This document shows, piece by piece, positions 29,297 through 38,855 of a DNA stretch of 64,000 nt. The stretch covers positions 384,001 through 448,000 of the forward strand of contig JBBRLQ010000001.1 of assembly GCA_038231275.1 (NCBI GenBank), read 5' to 3'. The position numbers and the translations under genes were made by a program. How positions within the stretch are numbered: position 1 is the first letter of the stretch; each line of letters begins with the position of its first letter. Source of the stretch: Polyangiales bacterium (GTDB lineage Bacteria; Myxococcota_A; Polyangia; Polyangiales; Polyangiaceae). Under the pieces are notes generated by a model. The model was not told the DNA's origin. It ran no database searches and saw only the letters and a list, made by a program, of their open reading frames with translations.

Positions 29297-31060
29297 TCAG
29301 GGACCGAACTGCGTCCCCAGGTACGGCCCGAGGAAGATCTGCGCGCCGCTCGTGATCTGGTAGGGCGGCGTCGTGATCGGTGCCGGCTGCTGGCCGTCCG
29401 CCGCCATGAAGCGGTGCAGATCGCCGGCGGCGCGCACGTCGGTGAAGCTCGAGCTCTCGAGCCACATGAGCATGCCGAGCGTGAGCGCGACGCTCCGTGA
29501 AAGGCGCAGTTGCACGGACGCGTCGGCGGTGATCGCCGGGGACGCGTACGATTGCCCACCGGGCGCGTAGACGTCCTGCAAGTTGCGCGCGTCGGTCGAC
29601 GTGGCGCGGCGCTCGCTCATGGCGGCATACTTGTACGAGATGCCGGGACCGAGCGCGAGCGACCCGCGGAGGCGCTTGCCCTCGATGTTCGCGCGCACGC
29701 GCACGGCGACCATGCCGCCGGTGCGGAGGAACGTGTACTGCTCGACGCGCGGAACGCCGCTGAGGAGCGGGTTCGATTGGGCGCTGGGGCCGCCATACCC
29801 CGCGTAGTTCGCCTTCGGCTTAGTCTGATCGAACTCGCCGCCGACCATGACCTCGAAGCCGATCGGATCGAAGGAGTAGCCGAGGTAGCCGAAGACGGCG
29901 CCGCCGATCGGCATCGGGGTCTCGCAGCTCGACGCGCCGAGATCGTTGCAGCGCGTCTCGATCTCGTTGCCGTTGCCGCCCGGCATTCCGAGGCCGGCGA
30001 AGGCGAAGCCGCCGTAGAGGCCGCGCCCGCTCGGCGATGAATCCTCGAGCACGTTGCCCGGCTTCGCGTCGCGGCTCTTCGTGAGGACGATCTCGACCTT
30101 CTCGCGGCCGCTCGGCTGGAGGTTGAGCTTCTTCTCGACGCGATCCCAGCCCTCTTTCGCGACGACGAGGAGGTGCTCGCCCGGCGCGACGTCACCGGAG
30201 AACGAGCCTTCGGCGAGCGGCTTGCCGTCGAAGAAGAGGATGGCGAGGTGATCGCCGGTCGTGATCTCGAGGTGCGTCGTCGACGCGACGGCAGCGAGCT
30301 CCACGGTGACGGCCTTGCCGCGCTCGACCTCGACGCGCTGGGGCGTCGACGCGCCCGCCGAGCTCCGGACGAGGACCTCGTGCGCGCCGGGATCGAGATC
30401 CCCTTCGTAGGGCGTGGGTCCGACGTCGAGCCCGTCGATGACGACGCGCATCGTCTTGTTGTCCTTCTCGCGGACGACGATGTGGCCGCGCGAGACCTCG
30501 CGCGTGAGGGAGGCGGTCACCGTCACCGTCTGGCCGTCGGTCGCGGAGACGGTCTGCTCGAACGTCGAGAATCCGGCCTTCACGACGCGTACTTTGTGCG
30601 AGCCTGCGGACACGTGGCGCGGAGGGAGTGGGGACGCGCCGATCGATTTGTCGTCGACGAAGATCTCGGCGCCGGCCTCGGCAACCGCGATCTGGATGAT
30701 GCCGGTGTGCGCGGCGAGCTCCTTGCGACGCGCTTCGGCCGCGACCTTCCTCGGGGGAGGCAGCGTGTCGCCGTAGCTGCGGAGGAGCTCGTCGTACGCC
30801 TCGAACGCCTCGGGCGGACGCTTCGCCTGGTAGAGCGCGTTCGCGAGGCCCTCGAGCGCCGCTGCCGCGTGCGCGAGCTCGAACGCCGCCTTGTACTCCT
30901 GCGCCGCCTTCTCCCAGTCCTTCGCCTTCGACGCCTTGTCCGCCGCATCCATGTGCGTCTTCACTTCTGCCGGCGCAGGCTGCGCGAAGGACGATCGGGG
31001 CACGGCGGCGGACGCGAGGGCGAGGGCCATCGCGAGGGCGAGGGGACGAGATCGGAGCAT
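29297..31060 (-). CDS. TPR + PEGA domain protein with probable C-terminal outer-membrane beta-barrel
   Basis: Signal peptide (SFA-Q); TPR; three PEGA repeats; alternating amphipathic strands ending FLGPYLGTQFGP. Confidence 0.8.
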   Translation of the reverse strand: MLRSRPLALAMALALASAAVPRSSFAQPAPAEVKTHMDAADKASKAKDWEKAAQEYKAAFELAHAAAALEGLANALYQAKRPPEAFEAYDELLRSYGDTLPPPRKVAAEARRKELAAHTGIIQIAVAEAGAEIFVDDKSIGASPLPPRHVSAGSHKVRVVKAGFSTFEQTVSATDGQTVTVTASLTREVSRGHIVVREKDNKTMRVVIDGLDVGPTPYEGDLDPGAHEVLVRSSAGASTPQRVEVERGKAVTVELAAVASTTHLEITTGDHLAILFFDGKPLAEGSFSGDVAPGEHLLVVAKEGWDRVEKKLNLQPSGREKVEIVLTKSRDAKPGNVLEDSSPSGRGLYGGFAFAGLGMPGGNGNEIETRCNDLGASSCETPMPIGGAVFGYLGYSFDPIGFEVMVGGEFDQTKPKANYAGYGGPSAQSNPLLSGVPRVEQYTFLRTGGMVAVRVRANIEGKRLRGSLALGPGISYKYAAMSERRATSTDARNLQDVYAPGGQSYASPAITADASVQLRLSRSVALTLGMLMWLESSSFTDVRAAGDLHRFMAADGQQPAPITTPPYQITSGAQIFLGPYLGTQFGP

Positions 31061-31073
31061 GCCAGGGTCGAGG

Positions 31074-32225
31074 CTACTCGAACGCGGCCGGCGGATCGAG
31101 GTAGTCGACGAGCTCCCCCCGGAACGTTCGGAGGGTCGTTTTTCCGGGGGCGCGCGCGTGGACGTAGTCGGGGAGAAGGGGGACCTTGCCGCGGCCGCCA
31201 GGTGTGTCGCAAATCAGCTTCGGAAGGGCGATCCCCGTGAGGCGTCCCTGGAGCGAGGCCATGATCTCGACGCCGCGCGCGAGCGGCGTGCGGAGGTGCC
31301 CGGTGCCGCGGACCGGATCGGCCTGGAGCAAGTAGTACGGGCGTACACGCGCGCGGACCAGGCCTCGAAAGAGCGCTTCGAGCGTCGCCGCCGAGTCGTT
31401 GACGCCGGCGAGGAGCACCGTCTGGTTCATCACCGGAAAGCCGGCATCCGCGAGGCGTGCGCACGCGGCGAGCGAGGCCTTCGTGAGCTCCTTCGGGTGA
31501 TTGAAGTGCGTCATCACCCAGAGTGGATGGTACGGACGGAGCGCGCGCACGAGCTCGGCGGTGACCCGCATCGGCAACGTGACCGGCACCCGCGTCGCCA
31601 GGCGGATCGTCTCGACGTGCGCGATCGACCTCACGGCGGCGACGAGGCGCACGAGGCGGTCGGTCGCCATCGCCATCGGATCCCCGCCGCTGACGATCAC
31701 GTCGCGGATCTCCGGGTTCGTGCGCACGTATGCAAGGGCCGGCTCGAGCGCGGCCATCGACACCGCGCCGCCGCCGTCGCCGACGATGCGTGAACGCGTG
31801 CAGAAGCGGCAATACACGGCGCAGCGATCGGTCGCGAGGAGGAGGACGCGATCGGGGTACCGCTGGACCAAGTGCGGCGCGACCTCGTGCGCGACCTCGC
31901 CGAGCGGATCCTCCAAGTCTCCCGGGACCTCCTCTGCTTCGCGGGCGTCGGGGACGCACTGCTTGCGGATCGGGCACGCCGGATCGCGCGGATCGGCGAG
32001 GCTCGCGTAGTACGGCGTCACGCCGATGGGCAGGCCCGCCCGCTCCGCGCGACGCGCGCCCTCGAGCTCGGACGCCGACAGGTGAAGCGCGTTCGCGAGG
32101 CCGTCGGCGGTCGTGATGGCGTGACGGAGCTGCCACCGCCAATCGTTCGGCTTCGCGCGTTCCCGCGCCCTCTCGCGCGCGGGCGACTTCGGCCGGACGA
32201 GGCGCGAGGCGTCGACGAGCGCCAT
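31074..32225 (-). CDS. kamA: KamA-family radical SAM enzyme (lysine 2,3-aminomutase-like)
   Basis: NDWRWQL, DPLGE, RYPDRVL, CAVYCRFCTR, SGGDP, THFNHPKE, NQTVLL, PGGRGKVP. Confidence 0.9.
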   Translation of the reverse strand: MALVDASRLVRPKSPARERARERAKPNDWRWQLRHAITTADGLANALHLSASELEGARRAERAGLPIGVTPYYASLADPRDPACPIRKQCVPDAREAEEVPGDLEDPLGEVAHEVAPHLVQRYPDRVLLLATDRCAVYCRFCTRSRIVGDGGGAVSMAALEPALAYVRTNPEIRDVIVSGGDPMAMATDRLVRLVAAVRSIAHVETIRLATRVPVTLPMRVTAELVRALRPYHPLWVMTHFNHPKELTKASLAACARLADAGFPVMNQTVLLAGVNDSAATLEALFRGLVRARVRPYYLLQADPVRGTGHLRTPLARGVEIMASLQGRLTGIALPKLICDTPGGRGKVPLLPDYVHARAPGKTTLRTFRGELVDYLDPPAAFE

Positions 32226-33280
32226 CAGTCGCGTCCGGCGTCGGGGCTCGCGGACGGAGCGGACGGAACCGCGGCGTCGACGCCGAGATCGACGCGCACC
32301 GTCGCGAGCACCTTGTCGTCCACGACGACCGGGTACTTCACGCGCAGCTGGCCGAGGAGCTCGTCTTCCTTCGCGCGGATCTTGTCCTGCGCGAGCTTCA
32401 CGCGGATCGCGCGCTCCGCCTCTTGGTAGGTCCGCTCGTGCGCGTCGGTCTTCTGCGTGAAGCGCACGACGTAGAAGCGCGACTCTGCCGGGACGACGCG
32501 CGGGAGCACGTCGTGGAGCTTGGCGATCTCGAAGAGGCCCGCGCGCACCTCCTCCGGAATGCGCGTGTTCTCGCCGCGGCCGTCCCCCGGCGGGCTCACC
32601 ATGCCCATGTCGCCGACCAGATCGGTGGGCACGTTCGCCTTGGCCTGCGGATCGATCGATTTGCTCCGCACGAGCTCTCCCCACTGCGTGGCCAACGTGG
32701 GACCCTGCGTCTTCTTCGCCTGCTCGAGCACGTCCTTCGCGGCGGCCTCCGTGGGGAGGACGATCATCGACGCGCGGCGACGCTCCGGATCCTTGTAGTC
32801 GGCCTTGTGCGCGTCGAAGAAGGCGCGCACCTCGTTCTCTGGAACGTCGGCGGGAGACGGCGCCCCCTTGCGCGCCTCCTTCAGCATCGCGTCACGGAGG
32901 ATCGCGCGGATCTCCTGCTGCGCGGCCGGCTCTTTGTCGTAGCCCTTCAGCGTGGCCTCGCGCGCGAGGAGCTCGACGTTGATCATCTCCGTGAGCAGCT
33001 CTTTGCGGCGCTCGGGCGACTGGTAGCGGAGGCGATCGAAGTTATCCATGTGCTCGAGCGCGGCGGCGTAGTCACCGAGCGTGATGGTGCGATCGCCCAC
33101 TTTGGCGAGGACCTTGGCCGATTGCTCTGGCGTCAACGACGTCGACGTCCGATGACCGCCGGCGTCGCCGTCCACCGTGAGCGCCTTCTCGTTGCAGCTG
33201 CCGCAACCGCCGAGCGAGGTCGCGGCGAGCACGGCGAGCGCCGGTCCGAGGAGGAGGAGCAGTCCACGAGACGAAGCCAT
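32225..33280 (-). CDS. Parvulin/PpiC-type peptidyl-prolyl isomerase lipoprotein
   Basis: Lipobox LGGC; VLAKVGDRTIT SurA-like N-terminus; RRASMI, SID, GDMG rotamase-like motifs. Confidence 0.8.
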   Translation of the reverse strand: MASSRGLLLLLGPALAVLAATSLGGCGSCNEKALTVDGDAGGHRTSTSLTPEQSAKVLAKVGDRTITLGDYAAALEHMDNFDRLRYQSPERRKELLTEMINVELLAREATLKGYDKEPAAQQEIRAILRDAMLKEARKGAPSPADVPENEVRAFFDAHKADYKDPERRRASMIVLPTEAAAKDVLEQAKKTQGPTLATQWGELVRSKSIDPQAKANVPTDLVGDMGMVSPPGDGRGENTRIPEEVRAGLFEIAKLHDVLPRVVPAESRFYVVRFTQKTDAHERTYQEAERAIRVKLAQDKIRAKEDELLGQLRVKYPVVVDDKVLATVRVDLGVDAAVPSAPSASPDAGRD

Positions 33281-33339
33281 GTCGCGCCCTTTACTACCAC
33301 GCGCGACGGCGCGCTACTTGGGCTACGTTTTGGCCCCCG

Positions 33340-34167
33340 ATGGCCCCGAAGCTCCTCGCGACGCCGGCGCGCTGGTCTCTCGGGACCGCGGTCCTCGGGG
33401 GCCTGGCGTGGGCGTTCGCGCGCGCGCTGCCGGCGTGGATAGGCGCGGAGCGAGAGCGCCCGCTCGTCGCGGCCGCGGCGTGGGCGGTGCTCAGCGTGGC
33501 GTTCTGGCTATACCTGCGCGGAGAGGAGTCGCGTCTTTCGCGCGAGCTTCGCGTCGCGCGAAGCGGCACGAGCATTCAGAGGCGCACGCTGCTCCGGAGG
33601 CGAAGGCCCGCGCCGTACTTCGGCCTCGCGATGTTCTGGTACGCGGCGGTTCGTGTGCTCGCGGCGCTCGCGTCGACGACGCTCGGCGTCGCGGCCGTCC
33701 TCGTCGCCGAAGGAGAGATCGGGCTGGCGGAGGCGTCGCTGCGCGGCATCGGGCAAGCGCTCTCGTTCGGAGACCTGCGGGCCTTGCGCGTCGTCGTCGA
33801 GGCCGACGTCTCGCGTGCGCACGGGACAGAGGCATCCCTCGCCGATTCGATCCAGGCGCTGGTTGCGCTGCCTCCCTTGCCGGAGACGGAAGCGGAGCGC
33901 TACCGGATCCACGTCCTCGTGAAGGCGCTCCTCCAGCAGGGAGATGACGGCACCGCCCGCGACATCGCGGAGCAGCTCCAGTCGCGCGAGGACGAGGAGC
34001 TTCGCGTGTACGTCGTGTGGATGCAGACCTGGTTCGAGTGGACCCACCTCGCCCCACCCGCCGAGGCCGAGGTGCGCCTCGCGACGCTCCTCGCGCGAAC
34101 CCACGGCGCCGACGACCTCGTCGCGCGGCTGGAGGCTTGTGCGAGGCCCCTTCCTGAGAAAGACTGA
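33340..34167 (+). CDS. Hypothetical membrane protein
   Basis: Three to four hydrophobic segments followed by a helical soluble domain; coding-like codon bias. Confidence 0.6.
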   Translation: MAPKLLATPARWSLGTAVLGGLAWAFARALPAWIGAERERPLVAAAAWAVLSVAFWLYLRGEESRLSRELRVARSGTSIQRRTLLRRRRPAPYFGLAMFWYAAVRVLAALASTTLGVAAVLVAEGEIGLAEASLRGIGQALSFGDLRALRVVVEADVSRAHGTEASLADSIQALVALPPLPETEAERYRIHVLVKALLQQGDDGTARDIAEQLQSREDEELRVYVVWMQTWFEWTHLAPPAEAEVRLATLLARTHGADDLVARLEACARPLPEKD

Positions 34168-34171
34168 GAGA

Positions 34172-35332
34172 ATGACGCGGGCCTTGGCTCCTCTCGTGGT
34201 GAGCCTGGCGGTGGCGGCGGCCCTCGTGGGCGGCTGCGCTGCGGTGCTGGGGCTCGACGCGGGGAGTGCCGCGGACGACGCCGGCGGCGGCATCGACGCA
34301 TCGACGCCGAACGACGGAGACGGCAAGCCCGACGGCCTCGGGGCGCAGGGCGATGGCGCGATCGGTCTACCGACGTGCGGCGCCGACCAGCACCTGTGCG
34401 GCGCCGCCTGCGCGCCAAAGAGCGATCCGCAGTTCGGATGCGGCGCGTCGTCGTGCGCTCCATGCAAGCTCGCGCACGCGACGGCGGCGTGCGGAGCTGG
34501 CGCCTGCGCCGTCGCCACGTGCAACATGGGATGGGCCGATTGCAACAAGGTCGCGGGCGACGGGTGCGAGGCCGATCTCTCGGCCCCCGCCACGTGCGGC
34601 TCGTGCACGACGCCGTGCACCACCCCGCCCCTCTGCGACACCACCGGCTGCGTCACGACGTGCCCGAGCCCGAAGACGATTTGCAACGGCTCGTGCGCGA
34701 ACACGACGAACGACCCCAACCACTGCGGCCTCGCCTGCACGGCCTGCGCTCCCGCGCACGCTCCTCCGGCGTGCACGGCCAGCGTTTGCGATCGTGGCGC
34801 GTGCGATGTCGGATACGCCGACTGCAACCTCGACCGCGCCGACGGCTGCGAGACGTCGCTCGCGTCCGACACGTCGTGCGGCTCGTGCACCACCAACTGC
34901 AGGACGCCGAGCGCCGGCCACACTGTGGGGCTCTGCGGCGCCGGCCCCGCGTGCGTGCCGACGGCGTGCGAGTCGGGTTGGGAGGACTGCGACGGGAACC
35001 TCGCCAACGGATGCACGTGCTTCGGCGCCGCCTGCTGCGGCGGAGGCGACGCAGGCACTCCTCCGCCGGACGGTGGCTGCTCGACCGTTGGATGCATTCC
35101 GCCGACGGGCGCCTGCATGGTCGGCCAGAGCACGTGCTGCTGCCCAGCGACGTGCAACCCCCCGAGCGCCGTCGTCGATCCGTGGAGCGCCCCAGCCCCC
35201 ACGCCTTCGGTCGGCGGCTTCTGTTGCGTCCCGTCTGGCGTCTCCCTTGCGCCGGGCGGTTGTCCTTCACCTGATCCGTGTTGCGCTCCGAGCAAGTGTT
35301 TCCAGGGTGGAAGCGCGCCGAGGTGCATGTGA
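34172..35332 (+). CDS. Cys-rich repeat lipoprotein, paralogue 1
   Basis: Lipobox VGGC; repeats of the form CG.C...C...HA...C....C...C..GW.DC......GCE; C-terminal C-C-CC-C-C modules. Confidence 0.85.
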   Translation: MTRALAPLVVSLAVAAALVGGCAAVLGLDAGSAADDAGGGIDASTPNDGDGKPDGLGAQGDGAIGLPTCGADQHLCGAACAPKSDPQFGCGASSCAPCKLAHATAACGAGACAVATCNMGWADCNKVAGDGCEADLSAPATCGSCTTPCTTPPLCDTTGCVTTCPSPKTICNGSCANTTNDPNHCGLACTACAPAHAPPACTASVCDRGACDVGYADCNLDRADGCETSLASDTSCGSCTTNCRTPSAGHTVGLCGAGPACVPTACESGWEDCDGNLANGCTCFGAACCGGGDAGTPPPDGGCSTVGCIPPTGACMVGQSTCCCPATCNPPSAVVDPWSAPAPTPSVGGFCCVPSGVSLAPGGCPSPDPCCAPSKCFQGGSAPRCM

Positions 35333-36546
35333 AGCGAACGGTCGGCGGCGCCGATGGAGCGGGCCGATGGGCGTGGATCGCCTTCACGCTCGCCGCAAGC
35401 GCGCTCGCCTACGGGTGCGCATCCGTGCTTGGGCTCGACGCCGGCAGCGCGCTGGAGGATGGGGGCGCCGACGGCGGCCTAGGAAACCTCGACACGGGCG
35501 CTACGGACGATCGCCCGTCGGTCGAGGCAGGCCCCGACGGCCAAAGGACGGACGGCTCCGTGCTTCCCACGTGCGCCACCGGCGAGCACCTCTGCGGCGC
35601 GGCCTGCGCAAGAGACGACAACCCGAACTTTGGATGCGGCGCGGCGGCGTGCACGCCATGCAAGCTCGCGCACGCCACGGCGGTGTGCTCCGGCGGCGCG
35701 TGCGCGATCGGGACGTGCGCGACCGGCTGGGACAACTGCGACAAGAGCGAGGCGGACGGCTGCGAATCGGACCTCACGTCAGCAGGGACCTGCGGCTCGT
35801 GCACGGTCGCGTGCATCGCCCCAAATCCGCTTTGCGATGGAACCACGTGCACGAACACCTGCACGTCGCCGAAGGTGCAGTGCGGCACCGCGTGTGCGGA
35901 CACGACGAACGATCCGAACCACTGCGGCGCGAGCTGCACGGCGTGCAGCCCTGCGCACTCGCCCGCCGCGTGCACAGCGAGCTTCTGCGATCACGGAACG
36001 TGCGACCCCGGCTACGCCGATTGCGACGCGAACCGCGCGAACGGCTGCGAGGTCTCCCTCACGGGCGACACGACGTGCGGCTCGTGCACCATGAACTGCA
36101 CCACGCCGTCCGGCGGTCACACGGTCGCTCTGTGCGGCGCTGGCCCCGCATGCGTTCCCTCGGCGTGCGAGTCGGGCTGGTACGACTGCGACGGGAGCTT
36201 CGCCGACGGCTGCGAGTGCAGCGGCGCCGGATGCTGCACGGCCATCGACGGCGGGACCACGGACTCCGGGCCGGTTTGCCAGCCGCCCCACGCCCTTTGC
36301 GCCACGTCGAAGCCCACGTGCTGCGGCGCGTGCAACGGGGCGATCGTCCCGTTTTCACCTTCGCCTGAGTGGAGCGAAGCGCAGCGGAGCGAAACGCTCC
36401 TGGGGGAAAGGCCTGACCGGCTTTTCCGGTCAGGCCTTGAGTCGAACGGAAACGGCACCTGCTGCGCATCGCCCGGGCAGGCATGCACGGACCTCTCCGA
36501 TTGCTGCCCGCCCCTCACCTGCAACGCCTCCAGCAAGTGCCAGTGA
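35329..36546 (+). CDS. Cys-rich repeat lipoprotein, paralogue 2 (carries an in-frame 72-nt insertion)
   Basis: GTG overlaps the upstream TGA; lipobox AYGC; collinear with paralogue 1 (e.g. [29 protein letters not shown]). Confidence 0.85.
   Translation: MKRTVGGADGAGRWAWIAFTLAASALAYGCASVLGLDAGSALEDGGADGGLGNLDTGATDDRPSVEAGPDGQRTDGSVLPTCATGEHLCGAACARDDNPNFGCGAAACTPCKLAHATAVCSGGACAIGTCATGWDNCDKSEADGCESDLTSAGTCGSCTVACIAPNPLCDGTTCTNTCTSPKVQCGTACADTTNDPNHCGASCTACSPAHSPAACTASFCDHGTCDPGYADCDANRANGCEVSLTGDTTCGSCTMNCTTPSGGHTVALCGAGPACVPSACESGWYDCDGSFADGCECSGAGCCTAIDGGTTDSGPVCQPPHALCATSKPTCCGACNGAIVPFSPSPEWSEAQRSETLLGERPDRLFRSGLESNGNGTCCASPGQACTDLSDCCPPLTCNASSKCQ
36365..36442 (+). repeat. REP-like palindromic element, copy 1 (longest form), inserted in frame
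   Basis: CTGAGTGGAGCGAAGCGCAGCGGAGCGAAACGCTCCTGGGGG plus a perfect 13-bp hairpin AAGGCCTGACCGG-CTTTT-CCGGTCAGGCCTT; TGAGT at 36366 and 36438, 72 nt apart. Confidence 0.85.
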
Positions 36547-36598
36547 CCCGCGTGGTTGCGCTCCACCGCGCGCGCGGGGTACACCCGTCGTAGCGCCC

Positions 36599-37369
36599 AT
36601 GCCGACCACGCCCGAACGCGAAGACGACACCGTGATCCCTCCGCCGCCCCCCTCCAACGGGCTGCGCTACCGCCGCATCATCCTCAAGTTGAGCGGCGAC
36701 GCGCTCTCGGGCGCGGCGGGCTACGGCATCCAACCGGAGGTCCTGCGCGAGACCGCGAAGGAGCTCTCCGAGGTGCACGCGCACGGCGTCCAGATCGGCC
36801 TGGTGGTCGGCGGAGGCAACATCTTCCGCGGCCTCAAAGGCGCCAGCCAGGGCATGGACCGCGCGCAGAGCGACTACATGGGCATGCTCGCGACCGTGAT
36901 GAACGCCCTCGCGATGCAAGACGCGCTCGAGAAGGTCAACGTGCCCACGCGCGTGCAGACGGCGATCGAGATCCGGGAGGTCGCCGAGCCGTACATTCGC
37001 CGGCGCGCCATTCGTCACCTCGAGAAGGGCCGCTGCGTGATCTTCGCGGCCGGAACCGGCAACCCGTACTTCTCGACCGACACCGCAGCGGCCCTCCGCG
37101 CGATGGAGATCCACGCCGACGCGCTGTTCAAGGCGACCAAGGTCGAAGGGGTCTACGAGCGCGATCCGGTCCGCCACCCCGAGGCGAAGATGTACGAGAA
37201 GATGACGTTCGATCGCTTCTTGAACGAGAAGATCGGCGTCATGGACTCCACCGCGGTGACGCTCTGCCGCGACAACCACATGAGCATCCGCGTCTTCAAG
37301 ATGACGACGCGCGGCAACATCAAGCGCGTGTGCTTCGGCGAGCCGGTCGGCACGATCGTCGAGGAATAG
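36599..37369 (+). CDS. pyrH: Uridylate kinase
   Basis: [51 protein letters not shown]. Confidence 0.97.
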   Translation: MPTTPEREDDTVIPPPPPSNGLRYRRIILKLSGDALSGAAGYGIQPEVLRETAKELSEVHAHGVQIGLVVGGGNIFRGLKGASQGMDRAQSDYMGMLATVMNALAMQDALEKVNVPTRVQTAIEIREVAEPYIRRRAIRHLEKGRCVIFAAGTGNPYFSTDTAAALRAMEIHADALFKATKVEGVYERDPVRHPEAKMYEKMTFDRFLNEKIGVMDSTAVTLCRDNHMSIRVFKMTTRGNIKRVCFGEPVGTIVEE

Positions 37370-37376
37370 CGGGCGA

Positions 37377-38855
37377 TCAGCCCAGGCCGTCGAGGGCCGC
37401 GCGCACGACGCTCGCGACCTGCGAGGTCGATCCCTCGTCGAACGACGCGACGAGCGCGGCGGCGTCGACGACCGAGAGCTCGGCCGCCGCGCACGTGTCG
37501 GCGAGCGCCTGCGCCGCCGCGTCGTCGATGCGCACGACGACCGCCGCGCCGGCGAGCGCCATCGGCCACATCGGCGCGTAGACGGGCACCAGCGGCAGAG
37601 CGACGACATCGAGCCCCACGTCGTCGCCGAGCGAGATGGTCGCCATCAAGTACGGCACCGGCGCGGTCGGCTGCCCGTCGGGCGCGCCCGCGGCGCCTTC
37701 GAGGCCGAGCAGCGAGTGCGCCACCACCGCCAGGCGCCCCGGTGTCCCGGCGAAGACGACGCGCGCCGCACCTTCGAAGCCGGGTGCCTTCGCCCGCGAC
37801 GCGAGGGCGCGCAAGGTGTGAAGGCCATCCGGGCTCGCGATCGGCACGCGATCGCCTTCGCGCGAGAGGCGCTTCAGCCTCCCTGCGGCCTCGAGCTCGC
37901 CGAGCGCGCCCAGCAGATCGGCGTCGCTCGCCGGCAGCTCTTCGAGCACGTCGTCGATCGTCGCCGGCGCGCGGAGGCGGGCGAGCACCGTCCGCGCGAG
38001 ATCCGAGAGATCTCCCGACGGCGGGCCGCCCACGACGGTGTCGCTCGCGAAGAGCGCCTTGTTCTCGAGATCGGCGAGCGACGCGCGCGCGTCTCTCGCG
38101 CGGACGTTCTCCTCGTCACACGCGCGAAGGATCGCCGTCAGCGGCGCGTTGATGCGGCGCATGACTGCCGGCGTGCGCGGCGAGAAGCTGAAGGTCCCCT
38201 CGCGCTCGCCGAGGAGGCGCGCCACCGCTTTCACGCCCTCGAGGCGCAAGTAGACCGCGTCGAGGAGCTCGCCGTCCTGCAGCCGAAGCTCGCCGCCGCC
38301 CGCCGGCGTCGTGACGGTCAGCGTGCCGGTGCGGCGCTCGTGGCCAAGCGCGGAGAGGAGATCGCGCAGCGGCGTGCCCGCGAGCAGGCCGGTGAGGGTG
38401 TTGGGCGGGAGGCTGGACGCGCGTGGCTTCGTGCCTTCCCTCGCCGTCCCCGGTGACGACGGCGGCGCAGGCGGAGCCGTCGCGATGCGCGGCGCGGAGG
38501 CAGCCCCCGGGGCCTCCGGCGGAAGCTCCGCGAGGCGTCCGTAGATCGCCTCCACGTCCGCGCGAAGCACTTGCTCCCTGCGGAGCACCAGCGCGGGATC
38601 GTCGACCAAGAGAAAAAAAGGCGGGACGCGCCCCGTCTCGACGGCGAGCGCGTCGAGCAGACCGAGCCCGTCGTCCGGCGCCTCCGCGAGCAGGTGCCAC
38701 GCGAGCAGCGCGTCGTAGCGCGTCTCCTTCGCGCGATCGCACGCCATCTGCGTGTTGCTGGCGATCTGCACCTTGAGCCCTCGTCGGCGGAGCGCGCCAG
38801 CCAGCGAGGAGAGCGCCTCCACGTTCGGATCGACGAGGAGGATCTTATGAACCAC
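37377..38855 (-). CDS. Degenerate receiver + DUF4388/PATAN-like domain + degenerate small-GTPase-like domain
   Basis: KILLVD N-terminus; LTGLL...L.DLL..L...RRTGTL...G.L...DGEL.DA (DUF4388-like); C-terminal RVVFAGTPG...ISLGDDVGL...MW. GGAGG upstream of GTG. Confidence 0.7.
   Translation of the reverse strand: MVHKILLVDPNVEALSSLAGALRRRGLKVQIASNTQMACDRAKETRYDALLAWHLLAEAPDDGLGLLDALAVETGRVPPFFLLVDDPALVLRREQVLRADVEAIYGRLAELPPEAPGAASAPRIATAPPAPPSSPGTAREGTKPRASSLPPNTLTGLLAGTPLRDLLSALGHERRTGTLTVTTPAGGGELRLQDGELLDAVYLRLEGVKAVARLLGEREGTFSFSPRTPAVMRRINAPLTAILRACDEENVRARDARASLADLENKALFASDTVVGGPPSGDLSDLARTVLARLRAPATIDDVLEELPASDADLLGALGELEAAGRLKRLSREGDRVPIASPDGLHTLRALASRAKAPGFEGAARVVFAGTPGRLAVVAHSLLGLEGAAGAPDGQPTAPVPYLMATISLGDDVGLDVVALPLVPVYAPMWPMALAGAAVVVRIDDAAAQALADTCAAAELSVVDAAALVASFDEGSTSQVASVVRAALDGLG

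Noticed and set aside
36408-36438. 13-bp hairpin as a rho-independent terminator
   Set aside because: No U-tract follows on either strand, and the reading frame continues into a Cys-patterned module; it is better explained as part of the inserted element.
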